NCBI GenBank assembly: GCA_964016885.1
Contig: OZ024764.1
Location: 12,834,001 to 12,898,000 of the forward strand
Direction: 5' to 3'
DNA: 64,000 bases
Source: Eledone cirrhosa
Taxonomy: Eukaryota
Positions within the stretch are counted from its first letter, which is position 1, and each line of letters opens with the position of its first letter. The translations under genes were made by a program, and so were the position numbers. Below, piece by piece: positions 42,697 to 56,861 of this stretch. Below the pieces are notes generated by a model. The model was not told where the DNA came from and did no database searches. It worked only from the letters and a program-made list of their open reading frames with translations.

Positions 42697-42760
42697 CACT
42701 CGATATTCATCAGAGTAGACTGTAGATATTATCAATAAAACGAAAAATCAGTGATGCATA
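42274..42760. mobile_element. Family C: ~330-bp palindrome with a degenerate hammerhead at 42477-42568 (+)
   Basis: Arms 42323-42474 and 42500-42651; CGTGT-CTGAAAGA...tgccggc-GAAA-CATTTG-TA-ACACG. Confidence 0.7.
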
Positions 42761-43221
42761 TATATATATACACACTATATATATATATATATACACTAAA
42801 AAATGAGCTCCGTGAAGGTGTGGGGCTCTAAGCCACCGCTTAATAAGCTTATAGGTAAACCCAGCGCTGCCCTAACACTGTCACAAAACAAAACTAAGTG
42901 CTCCCCGCCTCACATCGATGTTACTTTCCTCATATCTTTGTAAAAACTGAATATTTTTTAGTGAAATTTTGCAAAGACATGTTTACGAAGGTATATATTA
43001 CGTCTATGACGATGAAAGTTTTCCAAAAACTACCCAAACAAACACAAACAGCCGTCCACCTTCCAACAGGTGTTCTGGACGGAGATCAAATTATGACATA
43101 ACCATAGGGTCAGACTTTCACCTGCTCAGACACCTTAGGTATATGAAATTTGAGACCCTTCGCTAAATAAAAAGTGTAATTATTATTTTTTTATATTAAT
43201 GTTAATGATAAATTATATATA

Positions 43222-43566
43222 TAGGAAAAGAGTCAGGACCCCGACAGCTGAGCTCCGGCCGTTTCGACAGCTAGATCTGAGTTCGGATATACTACCCGAG
43301 GTATAGAGTACTCTGGTGCGTTATGGTTCACCTGGTTCCTTACCACACTTTGTTTGTTTGTTTATATATATATGAAATATATATGTATAACAAAGAAGGG
43401 TGTGGTAAAATACCAAGAGGACCATAACGCACCAGACCAGAGTACTCGATACTTTGGGTAGTAGAGTGGGTAATAGGGAAAGAGTTAGGACAACGACGGC
43501 TGAGCTATGGCCATTTCCACAGCTAGATCCGAACAGTTCGAATCTAGCTGTGGTCCTGACTCTTTT

Positions 43567-43634
<68 letters not shown>

Positions 43635-44006
43635 GAAGTTCTATTTAAATTGTTGGATACAACAAGCAAATATTTTTATAACTGATATAAAGCACTCAAC
43701 AAATAATTGGAGTAAAAATACGATGTATTAACAAATGGAAACTATATTTATAAAACCATATTTATTTCATTATACATATTTCAAGGACACCAAGTTAAAT
43801 TATGGTGTGCTTTCATCAGATAAAATATAATATAGAGCAGTTTTATAAATAAATATTGACATACCCTTAAAGAATGCAACCATTACTGTTTGGAAGCTCC
43901 CGGATAGTTAATATCGTATTTTTACTCCAATTATTTGTTGAGTGCTTTATAACATTTATAAAAATATTTGCTTGTTGTATCCCAACAATTTAAATAGAAC
44001 TCTTAC

Positions 44007-44043
<37 letters not shown>

Positions 44044-44252
44044 CGAGTAGGACCCCGACGGCTGAGCTCAAGCCGTTTCGACGGCTAATTCTGTACTAAA
44101 AAAAATTTTTTTTTTAGTCCAGAATTAGCCGTCGAAACGGCTTGAGCTCAGCCGTCGGGGTCCTACTCGTTCCTATTACCCACTCTTCTACTCTAAGTAT
44201 TGAGTACTTTGGTGCGTTATGGTCCACCTGGTTCCTTACCACATTTCCTTCG

Positions 44253-44254
<2 letters not shown>
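43222..44254. mobile_element. Family B fold-back elements (43222-43360, 43388-43570, 44041-44254); further pieces at 28540-28620, 44855-44910 and 63360-63442
   Basis: Shared ggaccccgacggctgagctc...gtttcgac block and a tail ending ccttaccaca; all in (TA)n. Confidence 0.7.
43631..44010 (-). mobile_element. Family A copy with ribozyme at about 43762-43832 (-) and an opposing tail copy
   Basis: Reverse complement reads TATTTTAT-CTGATGA-aagcacacca...tggtgtcctt-GAAA-TATGTA-TA-ATGAAATA; flanked by (TA)n. Confidence 0.75.
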
Positions 44255-44331
<77 letters not shown>

Positions 44332-44916
44332 TGGGTGTATAATTTATGATGATTTAATATTGAAAATAATTTAAAAAAACTATTTATAAAATAAATATAT
44401 ATATATATATATATATATATTTCAAAACTAAACCTAGACTACAACTTATTTATCTTACAGGTTAAGGCCAGTATTCTATTAACTTAAAACTTAAGTCACC
44501 TCTACCACCATTACCACCGGACAGAGAAAACTTAGTTTTTCTCATAACTTTCTTAATAATAAATATATTTTTAAATGAAATTTTGCCAAGATAGGTTTCG
44601 AGTAAATTTTTATTACAACATCCGTCATCTAGACAGGGTGTAATTGGTTTTACGGGTGGGGGGACCACAGAAATGAGATATTTATTACGGTTTTTTCGAA
44701 GGGTTGTGTATTCATTCAAAACATTATTTATAGTTGTAGAAAATGATATTATATAATGTAGGGTCGGGGTATAAGACTTTAATTATGTCACTAACACTAA
44801 ACATGTATGTACGTATGTATGTATGTGCGTGTGTATATATATATATATATATATGAAAAGACTCTGGACCCCGACGGCTGAGCTCCGGCCGTTTCGACAG
44901 CTAGATCTCTCTCTCT

Positions 44917-44996
<80 letters not shown>

Positions 44997-45114
44997 TGCA
45001 CCTGTGTGTATATATACAGGCTGGCCCTCAAAAATGTATACACACTCTGATTACCTATAGAGGCAATATTTACTAAAATGCACAGCCATCATTTGTGTAT
45101 ACATTTTTGGGCAC

Positions 45115-45154
<40 letters not shown>

Positions 45155-45177
45155 TAGATATACATATGCAGACAGTG

Positions 45178-45248
<71 letters not shown>

Positions 45249-45338
45249 GTGATCGATATATAGATAGAGAAACAAATACATAGCTTGATAGATAGACAGG
45301 CAATACCACACGTATATAAACACATATATATACACACA

Positions 45339-45383
<45 letters not shown>

Positions 45384-45631
45384 GGTACTGGCATTGATAA
45401 ATATGCTGGGTCCGTCAACCCTTATTATATACATACATATACATATATATATATATATATGTTATTCCGGGTTAAATCGGAGTAACCACAGTAAGTAAGG
45501 TACTCAATACATAGCAGAGTATAAAAGTATATATATATGATAGTATATAATATATACATTATATTATATAATATGTATATATATATATTATATTATATAA
45601 TATATATATTATATTATATATATATATATAT

Positions 45632-45673
<42 letters not shown>

Positions 45674-46219
45674 ACACACGATAATTCAATTCTTAGCAAA
45701 AAGAAAAAATTAAAAAATAATTTTAAAAAAAAAAACCCCCCAAAAAATACCTGTATAACTAAATTAAATTTCCCAATGAAATATATTTATCAATTTAAAC
45801 TATAAAATGATATTTCTCGGCTATATATTTGTTATCCTTACCATACTTCACGGCTGAATTCCGACACATATATTTAAAACAGTCATATCTATGTCGGATG
45901 GTGAACACGTTTTTATTTCTCCTTTAACACCTTGTTGCTAAGAGGAAGATAGGAATGGTTGGTAAGGAAGCGACAAACCCCGCTTTGAGACTGTCGTAAA
46001 CACTGGTAAAGACTAAAAAACAAAAACAAAAATGTGTTTGTTTTTGTTTTGTTTTTTTTTTTTTGTTTTTTTTTTTTATTATTATTACGGGGTCGATAAA
46101 ATAAAGTACCAGTAATGTACTGAGGTAATTTGCTGGCCTTGTGCCTAAATTAGAAGCAATTATTATATGTGTATGTGTTTTTTCTGTGTGTGTTTGTGTG
46201 TTTCTCTGTGTGTGTGTGT

Positions 46220-47437
46220 GTGGTTGGTGGTTGGATGTGGTGGTGGTTGGGGGTGGTGGTTGGATGTGGTGGTGGTGGATTGGTGGTGATGGTGGTTGGG
46301 GGTGGTGGTTGGATGTGGTGGTGGATTGGTGGTGGTGGTGGTTGGGGGTGGTGGTTGGATGTGGTGGTGGATTGGTGGTGATGGTGACGGTGGTTGGGGG
46401 TGGTGGTTAGATGTGGTGGTGGTGGATTGGTGGTGGTGGTGGTTGGATGTGGTGGTGGTGGATTGGTGGTGATGGTGGTGGTGGTGGTGGTGGTTGTGAT
46501 GGTGGTTGGATGGTGGTGGTGGTGGATTGGTGGTAGTGGTGGTGGTGGGTGGTGGTGGTGGTTGGATGTGGTGGTGGTGGATTGGTGGTGATGGTGGTGG
46601 TGGTGGTTGTGATGGTGGTGGTTGGATGTGGTGGTGGTGGATTGGTGGTGATGGTGGTGGTGGTGGTTGTGATGGTGGTGGTTGGATGGTGGTGGATTGG
46701 TGGTAGTGGTGGTGGTGGTGGTGATGATGGTGGTTGGATGGTGGTGGTGGTGGTGGTGGTTGGATGGTGGTGGTGGTGGATTGGTGGTAGTGTGGGTGGT
46801 GGTGGTGGTTGGATGTGGTGGTGGTGGATTGGTGGTGATGGTGGTGGTGGTGGTTGTGATGGTGGTGGTTGGATGTGGTGGTGGTGGATTGGTGGTGATG
46901 GTGGTGGTGGTTGTGATGGTGGTGGTTGGATGGTGGTGGATTGGTGGTAGTGGTGGTGGTGGTGGTGGTGATGATGGTGGTTGGATGGTGGTGGTGGTGG
47001 TGGTGATGGTTGGGGGTGGTGGTTGGATGTGGTGGTGGTGGATTGGTGGTGATGGTGGTGGTGGTGGTGGGTGGTGATGGTGGTGATGGTGATGGTGGTG
47101 GTGATTATGGTGGTAGTGATGGTGGTGGTGATTATGGTGGTAGTGATGGTGGTGATGGTGTTGGTGGTGGTGATGGTGGTGGTGATTATGGTGGTGGTGT
47201 TGGTGGTTGTGATGGTGGTGATGGTGGTGGTGGTTGTTGTGGTGATGGTGTTGGTGGTGATGGTGGTGTTGGTGGTTGTGATGGTGGTGCTGATGGTGGT
47301 GCTGATGGTGGTGGTGGTTGTTGTGATGGTGGTGATCGCGGTGCTGATGGTGGTTATGATGGTTGTGATGGTGGTGGTGGTAGTAGTGATGATGGTGGTG
47401 GTGGTGGTGGTAGTAGTGATGGTGGTGGTGGTGATGA
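46220..47437. repeat. (GGT)n-rich tract
   Basis: Low-complexity trinucleotide repeat. Confidence 0.95.
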
Positions 47438-47501
47438 TTTCCTGCAAATGAAACCATTCCAGACATGTAGAAGCCATTTCTATATTAAATTGGCTTATAT
47501 A

Positions 47502-47646
47502 CAGGTAAAATATCATTATAACAAATTTTTTAGTATAATGAAGTTTTATTCAATCCCTGGCCACTCACTCCATGTGTTAGATCAATCTCGTTATAAAGAA
47601 TTTTTATTTTGTACCCCGTGAATTTCGTTATAACCGAATTTCACTG
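47502..47646. mobile_element. pogo/Tigger-like MITE
   Basis: TA|CAGGTAAAATATCATTATAAC ... GTTATAACCGAATTTCACTG|TA imperfect TIRs. Confidence 0.55.
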
Positions 47647-47788
47647 TATATCTGTCAAGTTTAATCAAGATTGGTTTGGTAGTTTTTTAGTTTTAGGTTC
47701 ACAAACAAACAGACAGAAATAGCCATTTATGTATATATCCATCTCTTTTACTCTTTTACATCTGGCTGAGGCCATGCTGGGACACCAC

Positions 47789-47823
<35 letters not shown>

Positions 47824-48007
47824 GTGGTGTACTGGTAATAAGATAGTAATAAATTACTGGTAATAAGATAGTAATAAATTACTGGTAATAAGATAGTAAT
47901 AAATTACTGTCTTTCACTATTTAGGGTTTAAAATATATATAACTATAAAAGGTTTTAGTATACACATAACCATAAATAGTATCCTTATTACTATATATGT
48001 ATATATA

Positions 48008-48262
48008 GTAATAATAATAAATGTGAAGACTAAAATCCAAAGAGGGTTCAATAAGGAAAAATATATATCAAATATATAAGAACTGTAGAGCAAATATTTA
48101 TTAAAATAACAGATTAAAGTTTAAGCAAAGAATCGCTGCTTTCACCCTTAACGGGGTACAAAATAAATATTCTATATAACGAGATTCAGAAGATCCCGTT
48201 AAGGGTGACAGCAGCGATTCTTTGCTTAAACTTTAATCTGTTATTTTAATAAATAAATAAAT
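48008..48262. mobile_element. Family D inverted pair
   Basis: Arms 48096-48155 and 48196-48256 are reverse complements; homologous to 61310-61775. Confidence 0.7.
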
Positions 48263-48288
48263 ATATATATATATATTTATTTATATAA

Positions 48289-48685
48289 TGGAGGCACATG
48301 GCCTAGTGGTTAGAGCATTGCACTTGCAATCGAAAGGTTGAGTTCAATTCTCAGACCGGGTGATGTGTTGTTTCCTTGAGCAAGACACTTTATTTCACAT
48401 TGCTCCAGTTTACTCAGCTGTAGAAATGAGATGATAGGGACTGGGGTCCATATCATTCCACTGTAAAGTGGTCGTGGAGGTGCCACGGCAAAAAAAGCAC
48501 CCAGCACTCACTGTAAATGAGGTTGGTGTTAGGAAGGGCATCCAGCTGTAGAAATCTAGCCAGAATCAGTTCCTGTATGAACAAGACAAGGTCAGCCGAC
48601 CGGACACTGCTCACAACAGGACAACCCGTCTAACCCATGCTAGCAGGGAAGAGCGGACGTAAAATGATGATAACGATGATGATAT
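48289..48685 (+). mobile_element. Near full-length CORE-type SINE family 2
   Basis: ggaggcacatggcctagtggttagagc head, B-box, CORE-like domain, RTE-like tail ending ggacgtaaaatgatgat. Confidence 0.9.
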
Positions 48686-48932
48686 CTGTATATATGTATG
48701 TATGTATATGTGTGTGTATGTATGTGTGAATGTATGTGTGTATGTATGTATATATATATATATATGTGTGTATATGGTGATGATATATGTATGTATGTAT
48801 ATATGTATGTATATGTGTGTGTATGTATGTGTGTATGTATGTGTGCATGTATGTATATATGTGTGTGTATGTATGTATATATATGTGTGTATATGATGAT
48901 GATATATGTATGTATATATGTGTGTATGTATG

Positions 48933-48963
<31 letters not shown>

Positions 48964-49051
48964 ATATATATGTGTATGTATGTATATATGTGTGTATGTA
49001 TGTATGTATATATGTATGTATATATGTGTGTATGTATGTATGTGTGTATGA

Positions 49052-49087
<36 letters not shown>

Positions 49088-49366
49088 GTGTGTATGTATG
49101 TATATATATATGTTTGTGTATGTATGTATATATATATATATGTGTGTGTATGTGTGAATTGGAATGTGTTCTTCTCAGTTAAATATATATTTGTAGCTGT
49201 TTATCTCAGTCTGGTTTCTATGTATTCTGTAGAAAACCCTTTCAATGTCAGATTAATAGTTGCCATTCCTGGCTTATTGACTTCTCTTGCTTTTCTCTGG
49301 CACTAATCATACCATAGGATTCCTATTATATAAGAGTATGTAGGTATATATGTGTGTATATATATA

Positions 49367-49441
<75 letters not shown>

Positions 49442-49454
49442 ATACATATATATA

Positions 49455-49509
<55 letters not shown>

Positions 49510-49704
49510 TACACATATATATATATATATGTATGTATGTATATGTATATAAGTGTATGTATGTATATATATATATGTGTGTGTGTGTATGTATATATAT
49601 GTGTGTGTGTATGTATATATATGTGTGTGTGTATATATATATGTGTGTGTATATATATATGTGTGTGTGTGTATATATACATATATATATATATATGTGT
49701 ATAC

Positions 49705-49739
<35 letters not shown>

Positions 49740-49795
49740 GATACACACATATATATATATATGTATGTATATATATGTATATAAGTGTATGTATG

Positions 49796-49826
<31 letters not shown>

Positions 49827-51438
49827 ATGTATATATATGTGTGTGTATGCGCATATATATATATATATATATATATGTTATAATTGAGTATGTTGCTTAT
49901 ATATACATATATATATATATATGTGTATGTGTATATATATATATATATGTATGTATGTATGTATATATATATATGCGTGTGTGTATGTATATATATATAT
50001 GTGTGTATGTATGTATGGGTGTGTGTGTGTGCATACATCTATGCACACACACACACAGAGGGAGAGAGAAGGCAGGAAAGTTTCTCTCTCTCTATATATA
50101 TATATATACATACATATGTGTATATATATATATATATATATGTGTATATATATATATATACATATATATATGCGAGGGGGGAGGGTGACTTACAATTTCC
50201 TCAGAAAACTATAAAAATACCTAAAAAATGGTAAAACTTGATTCTAAACACAAAAGAGCTTTTGATTTTACTTCATTAAATTTGAATATTGTTGCCTAGG
50301 TTACGTTTATATAAATTTATTGAATAAACATAGTTTTTTTGGGGTGGGTTGAGGTGGTGGTGGTGGTGGTAATGGTAGTGGTGGTGATGTTTGTGTAAAT
50401 GGTTGTGGTGATGTTGGTGTGTGGTCGTGGTGGTGGTGTTGGTGGTCGTGGTGTTGGTGGTGGTGTTGGTGGTCGTGGTGGTGGTGTGTGGTTGTGGTGG
50501 TGGTGTTGGTGGTGGTGGTGTTGGTGGTCGTGGTGTTGGTGGTGGTATGTGGTTGTGGTGTTGGTGGTGGTGGTGTTGGTGGTTGTGGTGTTGGTGGTGG
50601 TATGTGGTTGTGGTGGTAGTGGTGTTGGTGGTCGTGGTGGTGCTGTTGGTGGTGGTGGTGGTGGTGTTGGTGTGTGGTTGTGGTGGTGGTGTTGGTGGTT
50701 GTGGTGGTGGTGGTGGTGTTGGTAGTGGTGGTGTTGGTGGCCGTGGTGGTGTTGGTGGTCGTGGTGGTGGTGTTGGTGGTCGTGGTGTTGGTGGTGGTCG
50801 TGGTGGTGGTGTTGGTGGTCGTGGTGGTGTGTGGTTGTGGTGGTGGTGTTGGTGGTGTTGATGGTGTTGGTGGTCGTGGTGGCGGTGTTGGTGGTCGTGG
50901 TGGTGTGTGGTTGTGGTGGTGGTGTTGGTGGTGTTGGTGGTGTTGGTGGTCGTGGTGGTGGTGTGTGGTTGCGGTGGTGGTGTTGGTGGTCGTGGTGGTG
51001 TTGGTGGTCGTGGTGGTGTTGGTGGTCTTGGTGGTGGTGTGTGGTTGTGGTGGTGGTGTTGGTGGTGTTGGTGGTCGTGGTGGTGGTTGTGGTGGTGGTC
51101 GTGGTGTTGGTGGTGCTGTTGGTTGTGGTGGTGTTGGTGGTCGTGGTGGTGGTGTGTGGTTGTGGTGGTGGTGTTGGTGGTGTTGGTGGTGGTGGTGGTG
51201 GTCGTCGTGGTGGTGTTGGTGGTCGTGGTGGTGGTGTGTGGTTGTGGTGGTGGTGTTGGTGGTGTTGGTGGTCGTGGTGGTGGTGGTGGTGTGTGGTTGT
51301 GGTGGTGGTGTTGGTGGTCGTGGTGGTGGTGGTGGTGGTGGTCGTGGTGGTGGTGGTGGTGGTGGTCGTGGTGGTGTTGGTGATCGTGGTGGTGGTGTGT
51401 GGTTGTGGTGGTGGTGTTGGTGGTGTTGGTGGTCGTGG

Positions 51439-51473
51439 TTAGGGTTAGGGTTAGGGTTAGGGTTAGGGTTAGG
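51439..51473 (+). repeat. Interstitial telomeric repeat (TTAGGG)5 plus TTAGG
   Basis: Perfect tract inside the (GGT)n-rich region 50340-51650. Confidence 0.9.
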
Positions 51474-51717
51474 TGGTGGTTGTGGTGGTGGTCGTGGTGT
51501 TGGTGGTGTTGGTGGTCGTGGTGGTGGTGTGTGGTTGTGGTGGTGGTGTTGGTCGTGGTGGTGGTGGTGTTGGTGGTCATGGTGTTGGTGGTGGTGTGTG
51601 GTTGTGGTGGAGGTGTTGGTGGTGGTGTTGGTGGTCGTAGTGTTGATGGTGTGGTTAAAGTTAGTTTCTTGGTATCTGTTGAATATGTGTGGATGTGTGT
51701 AACTATGTACATATATA

Positions 51718-51799
<82 letters not shown>

Positions 51800-51879
51800 T
51801 AGTTCCACAACAGTTAGTTGACCATACCGAAAACAAATGTTTCACCTTCATCTTCAGCTCAAAATATATTTTTTTTTAA

Positions 51880-52588
51880 ATTTAAACCACCCATAGCCAG
51901 CCAGAAATCTTTCACCTCTTTCTGTAACAGGCTGTTCATACTTATGGTAAGGTATTGTTCTCAAAATAAATATGAAAATACAATAGTATATATAGAGTAA
52001 TGTAAATGTTGTGAGATATTATGTGAGGTAAAGCCTTTACTGTGAAAATACAATAGTATATATAGAGTAATGTAAATGTTATATAAGATATTATGTGAAG
52101 TAAAGCCTTTACTGTGAAAATATAATAGTAAATATAGAGTAATGTAAATGTTATATAAGATATTATGTGAAGTAAAGCCTTTACTGTGAAAATATAATAG
52201 TATATATAGAGTAATGTAAATGTTATGTGAGATATTATGTGAGGTAAAGCCTTTACTGTGACAATACAATAGTATATATAGAGTAATGTAAATGTTATGC
52301 GAGATATTGTGAGGTAAAGCCTTTACTGTGAAAATACAATAGTAAATATAGAGTAATGTAAATGTTATATGAGATATTATGTGAAGTAAAGCCTTTACTG
52401 TGAAAATATAATAGTAAATATAGAGTAATGTAAATGTTATATGAGATATTATGTGAATTAAAGCCTTTACTGTGAAAATACAATAGTATATATAGAGTAA
52501 TGTAAATGTTATGTGAGATATTATGTGAGGTAAAGCCTTTACTGTGAAAATACAATAGTATATATAGAGTAATGTAAACGCTAAAGGG
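51880..52588 (-). mobile_element. piggyBac-like MITE, copy 4, one end decayed
   Basis: Same 75-bp internal array and CTAAAGGGTTAA end. Confidence 0.75.
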
Positions 52589-52833
52589 TTAAACTATAAC
52601 TTATTTAGCTTATAATTAAGTCTAGCTCTGGTGGTTTTGAGGTTGTGATAGAATTCCTGCTGGCTTGTCTTGATTACATAAGACATACGCGATATTCATT
52701 TCCATTCTTTGATGCATGTGCAGCAAATATTGGGGAGGGTATACCATATATTTTCTTTCCTTCATTTTATAATTTGTGAAACTATTAAATCAGAAGAACA
52801 TATACATACACACATACATTTCTTATTCATAGA

Positions 52834-52954
52834 CTACAAATGGCTGCAATATCTGGCACCTTCAAAATTGGTAAAACATTCTTGTGATTCAAGAGATGAC
52901 AATTTCTTTTCTTTTACAACCTTGCCACCAGGAAGGTTGCCAGTCAAAAATATA
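52834..52954 (-). CDS. Candidate terminal coding exon of an unidentified upstream gene (IFLTGNLPGGKVVKEKKLSSLESQECFTNFEGARYCSHL*)
   Basis: Good acceptor (tttctctttctcttaatttgtag) followed by an open frame to TAG and unique 3'UTR-like sequence. Reading frame and identity are uncertain. Confidence 0.3.
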
Positions 52955-53017
52955 CTACAAATTAAGAGAAAGAGAAACATAAATATATATACACATACAT
53001 ACACATATATATATATA

Positions 53018-53640
53018 TTCAGAGAGCTTATACCGCTGTAGACCACAAAAGGTTTCTCTCTAAAAGTGAAAGGCAGATTGTATGATGCCTGTATACGAAC
53101 AGCAATGTTTCATGGCAGTGAGACATAGGCATTACGTGCAGAGGACCTGCGCAGACTGGAAAGGAACGAAGCATGCATACTCCGTTGGATGTGTAATAGT
53201 AATATACGTGAACGGCAAAGCATAAATGAACTAAGTGAGAAATTAGGAATAAGAGGGATCAGATGCTGTTTACTTGAGAGAAGACTACGTTGGTATGGTC
53301 ACGTGATGCGCATGAAAGACAACAGCTGTATAAAAAAATGCAGGGTGATAAAAATTGATGGTAGTTACGGAGTAGGTAGACCCAGAAAAGCCTGGGACGA
53401 TTTGATAAATTCCGACCTTACACACTTACATCTCTCCAAGACAATGTCACTGGACCGAGATCTTTGGCACTATGCAGTAATACAGAAGACCCACCTTGCC
53501 TAAGTACAAAGCGAAACCTACTACAGTCAGTAGGCACCTCTTAACCAAATATACACCCCAATCCACTACCCCTACCCTATCCTCCCACTTCCACCAACGT
53601 CTCTCTGTAAAGTTGGTACCACAACAGCCAGTCCAAATAA
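53018..53640 (+). mobile_element. RTE LINE 3' fragment (decayed ORF C-terminus plus probable 3'UTR)
   Basis: KGRLYDACIRTAMFHGSET...ERRLRWYGHVMRM...GRPRKAWDD, with in-frame stops upstream. Confidence 0.9.
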
Positions 53641-54398
53641 ATGAGATAATGAGATCGAGATCGTGTAGGTGTCACGACAAAAAAACACAGTCCACGCTGT
53701 AATGTGGCCGTGTAGGTGTCACGACAAAAAAACACAGTCCACGCTGTAATGTGGCCGTGTAGGTAACACGGTAAAAAGCTCCCAGTCCACACTGTAAATG
53801 TGGTTGGTGTTAGGAAGGGCATCCAGCTGTAGAAAACCTTGCAGATGCAGTCCTATACGAGCGAGACACGGTCACCCGACCAACCTTGCCACAAGTGGGA
53901 CAACTCCCGTCTAACCCATGCTAGCATGGAAGATGGACGTTAAACGATGATGATGATGATGTGATGATGATATATATATATATACATATATACATGTATG
54001 GTCTCCCAACCATTCCCGCAACAAATGTAACAAAACCACCTAACCCTTGCTAGTGTGGAAGATGGACGTTAAACTATGATGATGATGATGATGATATACA
54101 CATACATACATAAACAATGACACCCAAAAGCAAATACATACATACACATACATACATACATACATACATACATACATACATACACATTCACACACATATA
54201 CATACATACATACAATGACATACATACACACACACACAGAATGACATACATACATACACACACACACATACACACACAATGACATACATACATACACACG
54301 TACTCACATGTACACACACACACATACATATACATAATATACATACATACACACATGCATTCACACACAAACATACAAACACACACACAAACACACTC

Positions 54399-54432
<34 letters not shown>

Positions 54433-54589
54433 TGACATACATACACATATCTGCTGAAACAAAAGTATGTTGCACTTCGCTGCACAAGCAGAATATTGCT
54501 GCATGTCACAGGTTCAATTTCACAACTGCACATTTAGCAGTAATTTGTGCAGTGTCAGCAGAATGCATTTATGCAACGTCATCAATACC

Positions 54590-56345
54590 ATACCACTACT
54601 ACCACTACCACTACTACTACCACCACCACTACTACCACCACCACTACTATTTACTACTACCACTAATGCTACTACTACTACTACTACCACTACTACCACC
54701 ACTACTACTACAACCACCACCACTACTTCTACCACCACCACTAGACCACCACTACTACTACTACTACCACTACCACCACCACTAGACCACCACTACTACT
54801 ACTACTACCACTACCACCACCACTAGACCACCACTACTACTACTACTACCACTACCACCACCACTAGACCACCACTACTACTACTACTACCACTACCACC
54901 ACCACTAGACCACCACTACTACTACTACTACCACTACCACCACCACTAGACCACCACTACTACTACTACCACCACCACTAGACCACCACTACTACTACTA
55001 CTACCACTACCACCACCACTAGACCACCACTACTACTACTACCACCACGACCTCTCTCTCTCTCTTTCTACACTAATATCAACAATAATCTCTACTACTA
55101 CTACTACTGCTGCTACTACTACTACTATTACTACTACCACTAGTACTACTACTACTACAACCACTACCACTACCACTACTACCACTACTACTACAACCAC
55201 TACCACTACCACTACTACCACTACTACTACAACCACTACCACTACCACTACTACCACTACTACTACAACCACTACCACTACTACTATTACCACTACCACT
55301 ACCACCACCACTACTACTACTACCACCAACACCAACAACAAACTTCTGCACCTCTAGCCAACACCCTCACTACAACACTACTACCACTACCAACACTAAC
55401 GATACTACCACCACCACCACAAATACCAACACCACCACCACCACTCCACCCCCACCCCCATTAACATTCTGATCCATTACTGCCAGAACCACCACCGCTA
55501 CTACTACTCCAACCACCACCACAAATACCAACACCCCCAACACTACCGCCTTCACTACCACTACCACAAATACCAACACAACCACCACCACCATCACTAT
55601 CACCAACAACAACAGCAGCACTACCACCATCCCCACCACCACAAATACCAACACAACCACCACCACCATCACTATCACCAACAACAACAGCAGCACTACC
55701 ACCATCCCCACCACCACAAATACCATCACTACCTCCACCACCATCACTATCACCAACAACAACAGCAGCACTACCACCTTCCCCACCACCACAAATACCA
55801 ACACAACCACCACCACCATCACTATCACCAACAACAACAGCAGCATTACCACCTTCCCCACCACCACAAATACCATCACTACCACCACCACCATCACTAT
55901 CACCAACAACAACAGCAGCACTACCACCATCCCCACCACCACAAATACCATCACTACCACCACCACCATCACTATCACCAACAACAACAGCAGCACTACC
56001 ACCATCCCCACCACCACAAATACCATCACTACCACCACCACCGTCTCTATCACATCCACCACCACCATCACCCACTACCCCCACCAACAATCTCATCCAC
56101 CCCCACCACCACCACCACCATCACTATCACCACCATCACCCACTACCCCACCCCCAATCTGATCCACCCACCACCACCATCACTATCACCACCATCACCC
56201 ACTACCCCACCCCCAATCTGATCCACCCACCACCACCATCACTATCACCACCATCACCCACTACCCCACCCCCAATCTGATCCACCCACCACCACCATCA
56301 CTATCACCACCCCCACCCGCCACCCCCACCCTCACCCCCAATCTG
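54590..56345. repeat. (CCA/CTA)n-derived minisatellites with ~42-bp, 75-bp and 59-bp units
   Basis: Directly visible tandem units. Confidence 0.9.
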
Positions 56346-56626
56346 ATCCACCCCTCATCCCCACCCCCAACCCGATCCATCTCCCAGATCAATCAATAAC
56401 CCCATCATCAGTGTTACATGATTGCTGATTTTGGTGTCATTGCGCAGAACTCCCTAAAGAAAATAAATAAACAAAGCTGGGAACCCCATTTTTTTTTATT
56501 ACACACACACACATATATATACATATACACATACATACGTATATATATATACATATATACATACACACATATATATATACATATATACATACATATATAC
56601 ACACACACACATATATACATACATAT

Positions 56627-56665
<39 letters not shown>

Positions 56666-56783
56666 CATATACACACACACATATATATACATATATACAT
56701 ACATATATACATACATATACATACACACACCCATATATATATACATATATACACACACACACATATATACATATATATATACA

Positions 56784-56821
<38 letters not shown>

Positions 56822-56823
56822 CA

Positions 56824-56861
<38 letters not shown>

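Noticed and set aside
48289-48365. tRNA gene (A/B boxes, GCA anticodon-like loop)
   Set aside because: It continues directly into CORE and tail sequence and is multi-copy, so it is a SINE head.
49245-49325. Terminal exon [24 protein letters not shown] on the minus strand
   Set aside because: Weak acceptor and no recognisable homology; cannot be distinguished from UTR or intergenic sequence.
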